The notes beneath the pieces were generated by a model that worked only from the letters and a program-made list of their open reading frames with translations, ran no database searches and had not been told where the DNA came from. The translations under genes were made by a program, and so were the position numbers. From the IMG/VR virus record IMGVR_UViG_3300045974_000110, positions 1 to 63,150 of that record: a stretch of DNA of 63,150 nucleotides; one strand, given 5' to 3'. The DNA is from a virus (taxonomy: Duplodnaviria > Caudoviricetes). This document shows, in pieces, positions 18,262 to 28,996 of this stretch (its first letter is position 1; each line of letters starts with the position of its first letter).

Positions 18262-21200
18262 ATGGGAAACGTAACTCCGATCGCTATCCGTCAGACCGGA
18301 CAGCGTGCGGCAGCTGGTCTCAATGCTCCGACTCGAGCGATGGCTACTCTCTCTGATGGCACCTCCATCATGGTCGTCATGGACGCAAACGAGACTGGCC
18401 AGGGTGCCGGTTTCGGTGATGGCACACAGGTTCCAAAGATGTTTCTCTATGCGAGCAGTACCGTGTCTGGACTCCGCACTGGATACGCTCTCAAGACTTC
18501 CTACGCAACGCAGGGTGGAACAGCGAACGGAAATGCCTTCTATTTCGCTGGTACATATGCGATTGCAGTAGACGCCTCGAACAACATCCACGCGGTCTAC
18601 TACAACATGACGAACAACCGAGTTGAGTACGTCAAGTTCACTTGGGCAGCTGGAAATGCTTACAGCGCAACAGTCATAACTACGATCGTCACCTATGGCG
18701 CTAGCATTTCTGTGCGCCAGCTTGACATTGACTGTATTGGTACTGGTACTGACAACCCTGTCATCTCGATCTACCGTGAGGATGGATCGGCCTCCCCGGT
18801 AGTCAACAGGGTTTCTGTCTACGTCAAGAACAACAGTGCCGCTTGGGTGAACACGGCGAACATCACCGGCGCCTCGTGGGTTGGATCTTTCTCGTATTCG
18901 AGCAATGGCGCGTACTGTATGGCGACCCTGGCTGCAAGTCAGGAAGCATCGCCCGACGCAACCGGCTACCACTACTTTGCCATCGCTGTATCGAACCCGA
19001 ATCCGGCTCAGACTGGTGCTTCGATCTACTCTTACCAGGTCAACTTGACTACTGGTGCAGCAGTAAGTTCGACGACAGTCTTCAACGCTACGCTTCAACT
19101 GAACAACTCCGGCAACGGACGCATGTTCTACCGTGGAGCAAAGGAGTGGGTCTGGGTCGGCTGGAAGGATACTTCAGGATTCTGGTCCGTCGGTGGATTC
19201 AAGCTCGACACTGCTGGAACGACTGCAACAATTACCTACAACTCGCCCTCCCTGTTTGTGACGACAGGCCCCGTGTACGCGGATACCAACCTGTACTCGG
19301 CTCCCTATGCGATCACCTACATCAAGGCTACTAACCGAGTACTGATCAACTACACGACAAATGGCAACGCTGCTCTTTACTCTGTGATCCGCCTCGGTGC
19401 TGGAACAGATACGTCGGTACTTGCAGGAAGTAATGGTGGATACTGGCTCGACAGTTGGGCCGTTCCGTCTGGACAGACAGGATTCCAGAATCACCTCGTC
19501 ATGTGGACGGCATCTCCGCAGACGAGAAATGTGACAACGACTTATGTCGATACGATGATGGCTGTCTCGTACTACAGCTCTACTTCGGCTCGTTGGAACC
19601 TGTACTGGTACATGGTTCAGAAGCGTCCGATCGTCTCGGTTGGCCCGACGCCTTCTCCTTACTCTGGGGCAGTGTCGACGTCTCGACCCAACGTCAAGGG
19701 TCAGTACAAGTGGGATACTCTCTATCCACAGATGAGTCACAAGACACAGTTCCAGTTCGCAACTGATACTGGATTCACGACGAACCTTCGTGACTACCTG
19801 GAAGAGGATCAGTACCTCGTCAACCTCTATAATGCCATTTCGACCTGGGGTGACGGTACGGCTCACATGCTCCCGAGTCTGTACGCGCTCTACCAGACGA
19901 CTTGGTACATCCGATCTCGTCAGATCAGTGAGCTCGGTGAGATAGGAGCCTGGTCTCCCTTCCTCTACAGTTTTGGAGTGTCTCATCCTCCAACTCCGAC
20001 CAACATCTCTCCGTCCTCGTCAAGTTCAGGACAGATCATCAACTACGGAGCAGGCGGAGTAAACGTCTCCTGGACGTTCTCTGACCCATATCCCTGGGAC
20101 TACCAGACGTATCACCTTGTTGAGATCTACCGAGTCTCTGATGGTCTGACTGTTTCGAGTTATGCCTACACAGCAGGTTCTGTAAACTCGACCTTCATGC
20201 CCGTCTCGGCCATCTACAAGGACGTTCTCCTTGCTGTGCGCGTGTCCGTCAAGGACATGGACGGAGTAGCATCAGGCTACTACTACGGTGGAGCCTTCTA
20301 CCTCTCGGACCCGCCCGTTCTGGCGATCACCTCGCCTACAGCTGGTACGATTACGACTGGTATTCCTACCGTCTCCTGGACACTGAGCAAGACGCAGTCA
20401 GCGTACAGAGTTCTCGTTACCAACGGATCAACGGTAGCCTGGGACACCGGCTGGACTGCTGGTGCCGTTGGTACGCGAGTCGTCCCTGCTGGCTCGCTTG
20501 TCACGGGCAGGAGTTACACGGTCACCGTATACTCGCGGGACGTTCTCAACGTCGAGGTGTCACAGTCTGTCATCGTGACGACAGCGTTCACGCCTCCGGC
20601 TGTTCCTTCTGCTGGGACAGTTTCGCTGGCAGAGTACCGCGACCGTGGGTACATCAACATCTTCCTCGACCCGTCTGGGTTCGATGCGGACTTCGTCTCC
20701 TTCAACCTCTATCGTCGCAAGTACGGCGAGACGACGTACACGCTGATCAAGCAGTTCTACAACCCGAACGAGCCGATGATCTACCAGGACTTCCAGACTG
20801 CGCCCAACTCGACGTACGAGTACTCGGCAACACAGCTGGTCAACAGGTTCGGTGACATTCTCGAGTCGATCAAGAAGGTCATCCGTACGGTGACTCCGAT
20901 CGCCGAGACGTACTGGCTGGTTGATCCCGTCAACTCGCTCAACTCGATGCCGCTCTACAACACCACAGATGAGCAGTACACCGACGAGTACGAAGAGGCT
21001 GAGTACAACATCATCGGGCGAGGTCGTCACAAGGAGTATGGCGACCGACTCGGAAACAACGGAACACTCGTCACGAAGATGCGAGACAAGTTCATCAGTG
21101 GTATCGCAAAGGTCAACTACGCGATCAACCCCTCGATGTGTACTCGTGACTCCGATGCTGCGGGTCCGACTGGCTACGTCATCGCAGGTAGTGGTACGAC

Positions 21201-21981
21201 TGGAACGATCAGCAATGACTTCTACAACTCGACCGAGGTATTGCCGACACTCCGAAGCGAGACTGTGCGAATCACTGCAGCAGCGATGGGTACTGCCACG
21301 ACGGACTACATCCAGATCTCGCGTGCGTACACTCTCGCTGAGATCCCTCCCGTTGTCACAGGTGACTCGATCACCGTGTCGTGCTGGGCGTGGACGCCTC
21401 CAGTTGCAGTCAACTATAACATCGTCATCGTGGCTTACAACGCTGCAAATGCAGTGCTCGGAACTTACGGTGACTTGGTCACACTGACTCCCCAGGAGTA
21501 CTACTACGATCCGTCTGTCTCGACGAGTCCTGACTACGGCATCGGAATGACGGGTCAGAAGCTCGGACGCTACAAGACGACGTTCACGGTCCCAGCAAGC
21601 TTCGACCACTACACTGTATACTTCCGGATGCGCGGAACGGGTGCAGGTACTGCTGGTCTCCAGAAGTCTCTGATTGTCACCGGATGGCAGATTGAGACTG
21701 GCGCTACCATGACGCGCTACTTCGATGGAAACACCTTCGGAGCAACCTGGCGTGCCGGTAGCGAGCTTGGTTTCTCGGAGACGACTGGCTACTACACCGC
21801 ACGTCAGCAGCGTCAAGAGATCATGGTCCTCAAGGCTCAGAAGTCTGAGTTGATTCTTCGCAACCCGTTCGGAGACACATTCCAGGTTGCGCCTGGAAAC
21901 ATCGCTGTGACACGCATCCCCGGCGTGGGCGCCAACGAGTTCGTCGATGTCTCGATGCCATACTCCGAGGTCGCCTTCTAA
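18262..21981 (+). CDS. Minor tail protein (multi-domain, FN3/Ig-like, probable distal-tail C-terminus)
   Basis: 1239 aa immediately after tape measure; beta-rich; terminal ILRNPFG. Confidence 0.75.
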   Translation: MGNVTPIAIRQTGQRAAAGLNAPTRAMATLSDGTSIMVVMDANETGQGAGFGDGTQVPKMFLYASSTVSGLRTGYALKTSYATQGGTANGNAFYFAGTYAIAVDASNNIHAVYYNMTNNRVEYVKFTWAAGNAYSATVITTIVTYGASISVRQLDIDCIGTGTDNPVISIYREDGSASPVVNRVSVYVKNNSAAWVNTANITGASWVGSFSYSSNGAYCMATLAASQEASPDATGYHYFAIAVSNPNPAQTGASIYSYQVNLTTGAAVSSTTVFNATLQLNNSGNGRMFYRGAKEWVWVGWKDTSGFWSVGGFKLDTAGTTATITYNSPSLFVTTGPVYADTNLYSAPYAITYIKATNRVLINYTTNGNAALYSVIRLGAGTDTSVLAGSNGGYWLDSWAVPSGQTGFQNHLVMWTASPQTRNVTTTYVDTMMAVSYYSSTSARWNLYWYMVQKRPIVSVGPTPSPYSGAVSTSRPNVKGQYKWDTLYPQMSHKTQFQFATDTGFTTNLRDYLEEDQYLVNLYNAISTWGDGTAHMLPSLYALYQTTWYIRSRQISELGEIGAWSPFLYSFGVSHPPTPTNISPSSSSSGQIINYGAGGVNVSWTFSDPYPWDYQTYHLVEIYRVSDGLTVSSYAYTAGSVNSTFMPVSAIYKDVLLAVRVSVKDMDGVASGYYYGGAFYLSDPPVLAITSPTAGTITTGIPTVSWTLSKTQSAYRVLVTNGSTVAWDTGWTAGAVGTRVVPAGSLVTGRSYTVTVYSRDVLNVEVSQSVIVTTAFTPPAVPSAGTVSLAEYRDRGYINIFLDPSGFDADFVSFNLYRRKYGETTYTLIKQFYNPNEPMIYQDFQTAPNSTYEYSATQLVNRFGDILESIKKVIRTVTPIAETYWLVDPVNSLNSMPLYNTTDEQYTDEYEEAEYNIIGRGRHKEYGDRLGNNGTLVTKMRDKFISGIAKVNYAINPSMCTRDSDAAGPTGYVIAGSGTTGTISNDFYNSTEVLPTLRSETVRITAAAMGTATTDYIQISRAYTLAEIPPVVTGDSITVSCWAWTPPVAVNYNIVIVAYNAANAVLGTYGDLVTLTPQEYYYDPSVSTSPDYGIGMTGQKLGRYKTTFTVPASFDHYTVYFRMRGTGAGTAGLQKSLIVTGWQIETGATMTRYFDGNTFGATWRAGSELGFSETTGYYTARQQRQEIMVLKAQKSELILRNPFGDTFQVAPGNIAVTRIPGVGANEFVDVSMPYSEVAF

Positions 21982-23705
21982 TGCCTGCTATCGAGAAGCG
22001 CGTCGCTGACGTTCTCGCCAGCGGTGTAACTCAGGTCTCTCGGCGTGCCGAGATCTATGAATCTGATGGGGTTACACTCTTCAACGACACGCCGCGTCTC
22101 GTGGACGGAAACATCTCGGTTGACATGTCTCGTGCAGAGCGTCGAGCACTTGACATCACCTTCGACAACTCGGATGGATCACTCAACCACGATCCCTCGG
22201 GATTCTGGTATGACAAGGTCATCAAGGTGTTCCGCGGAACAAACTGGACTTCGACCCAGGAACAGCCGAAGATCATCATCGTCCAGAACCAGACAGACAT
22301 TGTTCCTGACCTTCGTCGTGTCGGATACACAGACATCAACAGCATTGGGACAGCGTCGGTTCTCGGTGATCTGACTGACTACGACATCGCCATTGGGAAC
22401 GCATCAACTGTAGACCTGACGCTGACCAACTCGTACATCCTCTCCCAGGCATATGACTCTGGGATGAGTGTCCTCACAATCAGTGATCAGGCTACGCAGT
22501 CCAGTGTTCCACTGATGACTGCCTCGGCGACCAAGACGCTTACCGAGACCTGGGGTGCCACGCCAAACGTGCTGGACAACTACTTCTCTGGGAGCTGGAC
22601 GGCCTTCACGATGGGCTCGACGGCTACAGGGGTCGTCCCGACCGCGCTCCTAGCCGACGTGGTGACCGTGGGGGAAATGACTGCATCGTCCGTGGTCCGT
22701 CCGGTGCTATTCTATAAAGAGAATCGGCAAACCGGCGGTCGCTGGTTCCATATACAGCTTCCGTGGAACAGTAACACGGGTTCCAAGGTACTTCTTGCCA
22801 AGGTGATCGACTGGCTGTTCACCGCCAAGGGGGCACAGTCGTGGGAGACGCAGGTCGGTGAGTTCTGTATCGACCGAATTGTAGAGCCTCGATTCCCCAA
22901 GCAGATCAAGGTCACTGGACGGGACTACGCGAAGAAGCTTCTCGGTGCGAAGATCACTGACTCGCTGATGTTCTCTACGGGAACACTGGTCGATACGATC
23001 GTGCGCGCCTTGGCAGCCAACGCCGGGATCACCAAGTTTCACCTTGGATTGACTGGTGCTCAGATCAACGACGAGATCCTCTTCGAACGTGGCACTGAGC
23101 GATGGAACGTCATTCAGAAGCTCGTTGAGGCTGCTGGTGGAGAGGTCTACTTCGATCCAGGTGGTTACCTTTCGACTCGCTACCTGCAAGATCCGTACTT
23201 GAGTGCTCCATCGCTCGTGCTGGCTACGGGGAGCGTAATCGGTAACCTCGTGGACTACGAGAAGTCTTCCAACGACACTCGTATCTACAACCGTGTGGTT
23301 GTGACAGCAGACTCTGGATCTCAGGCACAGACTGGCGTGACGATGCAGGCCATCGCATCGAATACAGATCCCAACTCGCCAACCAGGATTGCAGTATCTG
23401 GGACGCCCGGTGGACTCAACGAGCGCACCTACTTCTACACGTCAGCATTCTTTACGGCACAGGCTCAGCTTGACAGCTACGCGCTGAAGCTGCTAAAGTT
23501 CGTGGCGCTAGAGGAGTTCGAGCTCTCGTTCTCCGCTGTTCCGTTCTACTGGTCTGACGCCGGAGACATTCTCCAGTTCGTCGATCCAGACGCGGGTGGC
23601 GATGAGCCAACGCGATTCCTTCTGACCAACTTCTCCATGCCGCTGGGCCTGGGTCCGATGACTGGAACGGGTAAGCGTGTGACTCGGGTAGGTGCCGCAA
23701 CATGA
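21981..23705 (+). CDS. Minor tail protein (hub/baseplate-like)
   Basis: DGNISVD..AERR, VTGRDYAKKL, EVYFDPGG, IYNRVVV motifs. Confidence 0.8.
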   Translation: MPAIEKRVADVLASGVTQVSRRAEIYESDGVTLFNDTPRLVDGNISVDMSRAERRALDITFDNSDGSLNHDPSGFWYDKVIKVFRGTNWTSTQEQPKIIIVQNQTDIVPDLRRVGYTDINSIGTASVLGDLTDYDIAIGNASTVDLTLTNSYILSQAYDSGMSVLTISDQATQSSVPLMTASATKTLTETWGATPNVLDNYFSGSWTAFTMGSTATGVVPTALLADVVTVGEMTASSVVRPVLFYKENRQTGGRWFHIQLPWNSNTGSKVLLAKVIDWLFTAKGAQSWETQVGEFCIDRIVEPRFPKQIKVTGRDYAKKLLGAKITDSLMFSTGTLVDTIVRALAANAGITKFHLGLTGAQINDEILFERGTERWNVIQKLVEAAGGEVYFDPGGYLSTRYLQDPYLSAPSLVLATGSVIGNLVDYEKSSNDTRIYNRVVVTADSGSQAQTGVTMQAIASNTDPNSPTRIAVSGTPGGLNERTYFYTSAFFTAQAQLDSYALKLLKFVALEEFELSFSAVPFYWSDAGDILQFVDPDAGGDEPTRFLLTNFSMPLGLGPMTGTGKRVTRVGAAT

Positions 23706-25288
23706 GTGAGAACTTTGCTGACCTCTCGATGGCTGCCCGTATGCGGGAAGTCATCTCTGGTATCGTGCGCGACGAGCTCGACAAGGCTCGCGTACTTCCG
23801 AGGTATGGCAAGGTCAATTCTGTCGATCGCTCCAATAAGACTGCGATGGTACTCTTCGACGGTGACACATTTCCCGTCAAGGTTCGTGTGCCCGAGTACC
23901 TTCAGACAGCCACGGATACGATCGACTACGCGAACCAGCCGATCGTCAAGGTCGAGGGTTCTGGTACGAACACCTGGGTGACCGAGATCCTCTACGGTTC
24001 CAACTACCAGGCCAAGTCAAGGCTTTTCCAGCCTACCATCGTTGGGACCGACGGGGAGAAGCAGGCAGTTACGCACTTCGCGGGGCGTACATCAGGTATC
24101 CCAGCAATTGGTGGTGTCTGGATTCTGGGCTCCTGGGCGAACACAGGGAACGCTACCGCCGTCGACAGGTGTTTCTTCGAGCTCACTGTTCGTCGTGTCT
24201 CTACGGCAGCCCAGGTGTCAAAGAAGTACATCCTGGGAGTAAGTACCAATGATCTTGTTGGCCAGTGGTTCAAGCTGATTCCCAACTACACTGAGGGTGC
24301 TCACAACACAGAATACTTCGATGTCGATGTATACGGCGACGCTGGCATCCTCTCCTTCCTGGTACGCAAGACGGCAGGTGGTGTGGCAAACGGCTGGTAC
24401 GAGTACGATCTCGTCATTCACGGCGAGGGTTACGAGCAGACTGCTGCCGCTGACGCTGCTGCTACCACGATGTACGATCCGACATACTCTGTCGACTCCA
24501 TTCTGAACCCTGCCTTCACAGCGGGTTCAGGTCTTGCTCCAGAGCAGGCTATCGGATACCGCGCACAGTCTGTAATCAGTGGCGGTGGAATCCGAGGCTG
24601 GGACGGCACCAGTGTCTCCTGGGGAACTCGTTTCATCGCTATGGGGATTGGTAAGTCGTCCATCGTCCGCTCTGGATATTGGGACATCAACCCTCCGACC
24701 GCCACAACGCTCATTCCGGTCTACAACAAGCTTGGTGCGACAACAGTCACCCTTGGTACTGGATCTGTTCCGATGGCTGCGTGGGACACGCTCTATTGGG
24801 AGCCCCCACTCTGGACTACCAACACCTCGAACGATGGACTTCTCCACATCGTCAACTACACGAGTACTGGCTATCCATTCATGGTGCCATCTACCTGGGT
24901 GAAGATCTGCCAGATCAACGGTGACGACAACTCGTGTACTTGGTTCGACGGAGAGAAAACGACCCCGTGGACGGCGTTCTCCTACGGTACGAACGTAGTA
25001 GAGTACAGTGCAGCAAGTTTCCCGGCTCGCTACCGCAAGCACAATGGGCGAATCGAGCTTCGTGGTCTCGTCAAGGCAAATGCCGCTCTGGCTGCTGGTG
25101 CTACGCTCGTCACGATGCCTGCTGGCTTCCGACCGACGAATGCTCTTCTTGAAAAGGCAATGATCGGGCCTGGAAATACGATGACTCGCCTTGATATCTT
25201 CAGTACAGGTATAATCTCAACTCCTGTCGCACTCGCAATCAACACCTGGGTGAGCCTCGATGGCATCACATATGCCCCCGAAGCGTAG
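23702..25288 (+). CDS. Minor tail / receptor-binding protein
   Basis: N-term GKV..VD..A.V.FDGD unit; C-term YRKHNGRIELRGLVK..MPAGFRP fibre-tip domain. Confidence 0.75.
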   Translation: MSENFADLSMAARMREVISGIVRDELDKARVLPRYGKVNSVDRSNKTAMVLFDGDTFPVKVRVPEYLQTATDTIDYANQPIVKVEGSGTNTWVTEILYGSNYQAKSRLFQPTIVGTDGEKQAVTHFAGRTSGIPAIGGVWILGSWANTGNATAVDRCFFELTVRRVSTAAQVSKKYILGVSTNDLVGQWFKLIPNYTEGAHNTEYFDVDVYGDAGILSFLVRKTAGGVANGWYEYDLVIHGEGYEQTAAADAAATTMYDPTYSVDSILNPAFTAGSGLAPEQAIGYRAQSVISGGGIRGWDGTSVSWGTRFIAMGIGKSSIVRSGYWDINPPTATTLIPVYNKLGATTVTLGTGSVPMAAWDTLYWEPPLWTTNTSNDGLLHIVNYTSTGYPFMVPSTWVKICQINGDDNSCTWFDGEKTTPWTAFSYGTNVVEYSAASFPARYRKHNGRIELRGLVKANAALAAGATLVTMPAGFRPTNALLEKAMIGPGNTMTRLDIFSTGIISTPVALAINTWVSLDGITYAPEA

Positions 25289-25293
25289 CGTGC

Positions 25294-25323
25294 TTGACCT
25301 GAACATAGGATGAACGCTACACT
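25294..25323 (+). promoter_or_regulatory. Putative SigA-type promoter for lysis cassette
   Basis: TTGACC-N18-TACACT, intergenic. Confidence 0.55.
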
Positions 25324-25367
25324 CCAGATTCTAACTTTGCCTGCCAGATGACAGGGGACCATACAAG

Positions 25368-25649
25368 ATGTCCACCAACGAGGATGTCACTCTCGGTGAA
25401 CTCGTGAGGCGGATTGACGGACTCGTAAAGCAACTCGAGGATCTCGTACGGTCGCTCGGCGATGACTACGTTCGACAGGATGTCTTCGACGAGTACAAGC
25501 GTTCGACTGTCGAGATCCACAGCCAGAACATCGAGCGGATCGCAAAGCTCGAGTCCTGGCAAGAGTGGCTCATTCGAGCCGTCATCGGCTTCGTAATCGC
25601 CGCTGTACTGTCCGCAGTGTTCGTGTTTGCCAACAAGGGCGGGGCCTGA
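25368..25649 (+). CDS. Lysis-cassette membrane protein (coiled coil plus C-terminal TM)
   Basis: RIAKLESWQEWL followed by a hydrophobic helix. Confidence 0.7.
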   Translation: MSTNEDVTLGELVRRIDGLVKQLEDLVRSLGDDYVRQDVFDEYKRSTVEIHSQNIERIAKLESWQEWLIRAVIGFVIAAVLSAVFVFANKGGA

Positions 25650-25972
25650 TGGCTGAGAAGTTCCTGAGCGACCTTGAGGTCGAATCCATCAGGGCGAATG
25701 CGCGCGCTGACTCACGACGGATGTTCACCGTCCTGATCACGGTCCTCGCCCTGGGTGCAGCCTCCTACACCTTCACGACCTGGCGTGTCAGCCAGGACTT
25801 CCGTGATGCGAAAGACCAACTCGAAGTCACCTGTCAGCTCCGCAACGACAACGTGACTTACATGAAGCAGGTCATCGGTGTCATCGCCGCGGATTCTGCT
25901 GACCCCGAAACTCGTCGGGTTCTCCTGAACACGGCGACCGAGCTGCAGTACGTCGACTGCGGCCAGACCTGA
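25649..25972 (+). CDS. Membrane protein
   Basis: One TM segment; coupled start. Confidence 0.65.
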   Translation: MAEKFLSDLEVESIRANARADSRRMFTVLITVLALGAASYTFTTWRVSQDFRDAKDQLEVTCQLRNDNVTYMKQVIGVIAADSADPETRRVLLNTATELQYVDCGQT

Positions 25973-25985
25973 AAGGTACAAGTCC

Positions 25986-26636
25986 GTGACCGTTCTCACC
26001 GCAGCGCCTGGGCGCATGAAGGTCCGCAGCCTTCGCCCCCGCGCGCTCACGTTCGCGCTCGTCGCACTCGTGACCATCTTCCTCTCCTTCCTCGTCTTCG
26101 GCCTCACGCCCGCGCACGCGGAGGGAACCCAGCCGGCCAGTCCGGTGCTGCTCACGCAGCTCACTCCCCAGATGGTTGCCGGCCTCGTCGGTGTCATCAT
26201 CCCCCTTCTCGTCAGTCTCCTCGCCCGAGCGAACGCCAATGCCGTACTCAAGGTCTGGCTGAACATCGTTCTCACGGGTGCTGCTGGTGCGGCGTCGGCC
26301 TTGGTGGTCAGCGATCCCGCTTCTGGGCAGGTGAGTTTCGGCTGGGTGCCGTTCCTGACAGCGTGGCTGTTCGCCTTCATCTCATCCTCTGTGACCTACC
26401 TCGGCGCGGTGCAGCATCTTCCGATCAACGACCTGCTGCTCTCCATCGGTGGCATCTTCGGCCAGAAGTCCATTCCTGGGCTGACCGATGACGCTGCCGC
26501 CCTCGCTACCGTGACTGACGCTGACGGCGTCACCACCCCTGCACAGGACGACGGTGCCATCACCGGCGAGGACTTCCCGCTCCCTGACGTCCCCGCCGAC
26601 CAGCTCGACCCGGCTGTGGATGGGACGGACCAGTGA
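25986..26636 (+). CDS. Holin-like multi-pass membrane protein
   Basis: About four hydrophobic segments, acidic tail, adjacent to endolysin. Confidence 0.7.
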   Translation: MTVLTAAPGRMKVRSLRPRALTFALVALVTIFLSFLVFGLTPAHAEGTQPASPVLLTQLTPQMVAGLVGVIIPLLVSLLARANANAVLKVWLNIVLTGAAGAASALVVSDPASGQVSFGWVPFLTAWLFAFISSSVTYLGAVQHLPINDLLLSIGGIFGQKSIPGLTDDAAALATVTDADGVTTPAQDDGAITGEDFPLPDVPADQLDPAVDGTDQ

Positions 26637-27319
26637 CGACTGTCGTCGCCGGTCCCGCAGTCACGGCGCGCTGCAACGAGCAGATCCGGTCGGGACAGTC
26701 GTTCCCCGGTCTCTGCCTCAAGCGCACGCGCCTTGCCCTGGGCATCCCGGCCAAGTACCCCTCTGCCATCGCCGCGTGGCGCGCTGTTCCCCCGGCGCAC
26801 CGTCACCCCGGCCTCGGTCCCGAGGGCTTCCCGCAGTTCTACAACATCTCCAAGTGGGGTCACATCACCAACTCGGACGGCAAGAGCGGCGTGTTCACGC
26901 AGCTCGGCGCACGGTCCCTGGTGACCAAGGTTGCCTGGAAGTTCTTCGCCAGGGGCCTCGGCTGGACCTCGGAGCTCAACGGCGTGCTGATCGTCTCGCC
27001 GCACGTCCCCACCAAGGCCGCTCCGACCCCGCCGCAGCACTCAACCCCCGTCCCGGCGAAGCCGGTCAAGGCTGCGTGGCACGGCGCGCACTACGCCGGT
27101 CTTCTCAAGATCGGCAGCAAGGGTGACGCTGTCAAGGAGCTCCAGTTCCACCTGGGCCTCAAGGTCACCGGTAAGTTCACGAAGCTCGAGGCCGCGACGG
27201 TCGACCAGTTCGTGAAGGCGCGCAACAAGAAGTACGGGCGCGGCAAGGCCGGCTACCTCGGCATCGCAGATGGAACGGCTGGTCCCAAGACCTTCCGCGC
27301 CATCACGGGTCACGCCTGA
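26633..27319 (+). CDS. Endolysin (Cys/His peptidase-like domain plus peptidoglycan-binding domain)
   Basis: GLCLKRTR..YPSAIAAW..WGHI; C-term LKIGSKGDAVKELQ..ADGTAGPKT. Confidence 0.8.
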   Translation: MTTVVAGPAVTARCNEQIRSGQSFPGLCLKRTRLALGIPAKYPSAIAAWRAVPPAHRHPGLGPEGFPQFYNISKWGHITNSDGKSGVFTQLGARSLVTKVAWKFFARGLGWTSELNGVLIVSPHVPTKAAPTPPQHSTPVPAKPVKAAWHGAHYAGLLKIGSKGDAVKELQFHLGLKVTGKFTKLEAATVDQFVKARNKKYGRGKAGYLGIADGTAGPKTFRAITGHA

Positions 27320-27330
27320 CCCTCGCAAGC

Positions 27331-27377
27331 AGAACGGCCCCGGTTCTCAGTGGGGAAGCTGAGACCGGGGCCGTTCT
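27331..27377. terminator. Probable bidirectional terminator between convergent arms
   Basis: AGAACGGCCCCGGT...ACCGGGGCCGTTCT inverted repeat. Confidence 0.8.
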
Positions 27378-27382
27378 ATGTG

Positions 27383-27952
27383 TCACGCCTCTTGGACGAC
27401 CAGCTTCTTCGTGCTGGCAACGTAGACCGGACCACCTACACCGACCGCCGTCTCAGATGCTCTACGCACCGCCGCTACGACCTGCGCCCGTGTCCACGGA
27501 CCCGTTTCCCCCAACGCTCCGAGGGCCTCCGCGTACCCTGAACCTATCGCGCCCCGTTGACCGTGCGGGGTTACAGAGCCACCGGGGTCCACTTCTAGGA
27601 TGAAACTTCCCCAACAGATCAGTAGCCCGATCTCGTATTCCTCGACACTGTGCTCGATCTTGAGTGCCCCGTTGTCCGTCATCGCCGTTCGAAGCTGAGG
27701 CACTAGCACCTTGACCCCGAAGCGCTCGATGTCCAGAGCTGAACCATCGGTGGGCCACTGTTCTGGCCACTCGGTCAGGTGCCTTGCGATCTGTGCTCCA
27801 CGGACACTCCCGCAGGCACCGAACACGACCGAATCCTCGACCCAGATCTTTGGAACCTCGAGGTTACCCTTCTGCCATCCGTATGTGAACTCGGAGTCAG
27901 AAGCAATGATGATGCCTTCGTTCTTCGTGACTGCTGCTACGACGACGGTCAC
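27383..27952 (-). CDS. Ntn-hydrolase, proteasome-beta/HslV-like protease
   Basis: N-terminal Thr after Met, ASDS, GACGS, AIGSG..ALGAL. Confidence 0.8.
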   Translation of the reverse strand: MTVVVAAVTKNEGIIIASDSEFTYGWQKGNLEVPKIWVEDSVVFGACGSVRGAQIARHLTEWPEQWPTDGSALDIERFGVKVLVPQLRTAMTDNGALKIEHSVEEYEIGLLICWGSFILEVDPGGSVTPHGQRGAIGSGYAEALGALGETGPWTRAQVVAAVRRASETAVGVGGPVYVASTKKLVVQEA

Positions 27953-27955
27953 CGC

Positions 27956-28996
27956 TCAGTCCAGGTAGATCTTGTACTGCGCGGTGACGAGCCCCTTGTC
28001 GGGGTCGATGAAGTGGAGTCTCTGCGACGGGCGCGCGGAAGCTGCCATAGATACTGATGCGTAACGATTGTCAGATTCAGTACTGCCCGTGTAGAAGAGG
28101 CTACCCAGCCCGTTGCGGAACGGGTACTCAGCGTGCTGGTGGTAGTGGCCGACGTAGATGTCTCGGAACGGCCAGTCATGCGCTCCAGACTGCCACGACA
28201 CAGCTGCCTGCATGAACGCAGCAGGGCTGGCGAACCCGTTGCGACCGATCTCATCTCCGTGAATGACCAGGGCACGGTAGTTGCCGATCTCGAGATGCTG
28301 GATGTCCTCTTCGCCGTGGTGCTCGTCCCAGATGACCCTCGGCTCGTTCTTGAGGTTCTGACGGGCGAGCTCGTAGACCATGCGGTCGATGTTGTCGCTG
28401 CGCGGGATGGCATCTCGCTTCGAGCCCATGCGCCCGTGGTTGCCCCACTCCGCGACGACAGTCACGGTGTTGTAGTGCTCCAGGGCTAGACGGATAACCC
28501 TCTCGATCAGCGCGGCGACGGTGACAAACTGCTTGAAGATTGTCGCGTCCACCTCGAAGGGCTGGGTCGGGAAGTTGAAGAGACCCTCGATCATGTCTCC
28601 ACCGAAGGCGATGGCACAGTCATCAACCGGGTGGTGAGCTCGCTGGATCTCGGTGATGGCGACGGCCTTGCCGCAGAACGCCATGATGCGCTCTTCCATG
28701 ACCTGACTGTTGTACGAGGTGGTCTTCTTTGACCCCTGCCAGTCTGTCATGTGCCAAAGAGCAGCCTCGGGTTTCCCCGAGGCGGATGAGTCTACCCGAG
28801 CCACGATGGGCTCATCGGACCACCTTGCGATGGCCGCGTCGTGGGCTCCCTGGAGAGCGGCCTCGACCATGCGATCAGTCTTCTCCTTGGCACGAACGAG
28901 TGCCTTGTTGGATCGCCCGAGGGCATCCTCGAGATCGGAGATCCTCTTGTCTGTCTCAGCCTTGCTCATACCACGGCTGAACGCAGAATCGGTCAT
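27956..28996 (-). CDS. Calcineurin-like metallophosphoesterase/nuclease
   Basis: TDWQ, GGDMIEG, GNHGR, HGD, GHYH motifs. Confidence 0.8.
   Translation of the reverse strand: MTDSAFSRGMSKAETDKRISDLEDALGRSNKALVRAKEKTDRMVEAALQGAHDAAIARWSDEPIVARVDSSASGKPEAALWHMTDWQGSKKTTSYNSQVMEERIMAFCGKAVAITEIQRAHHPVDDCAIAFGGDMIEGLFNFPTQPFEVDATIFKQFVTVAALIERVIRLALEHYNTVTVVAEWGNHGRMGSKRDAIPRSDNIDRMVYELARQNLKNEPRVIWDEHHGEEDIQHLEIGNYRALVIHGDEIGRNGFASPAAFMQAAVSWQSGAHDWPFRDIYVGHYHQHAEYPFRNGLGSLFYTGSTESDNRYASVSMAASARPSQRLHFIDPDKGLVTAQYKIYLD

Noticed and set aside
5872-25288. Diversity-generating retroelement or invertible cassette acting on fibre genes
   Set aside because: No reverse transcriptase, template/variable repeat pair or nearby invertase seen.
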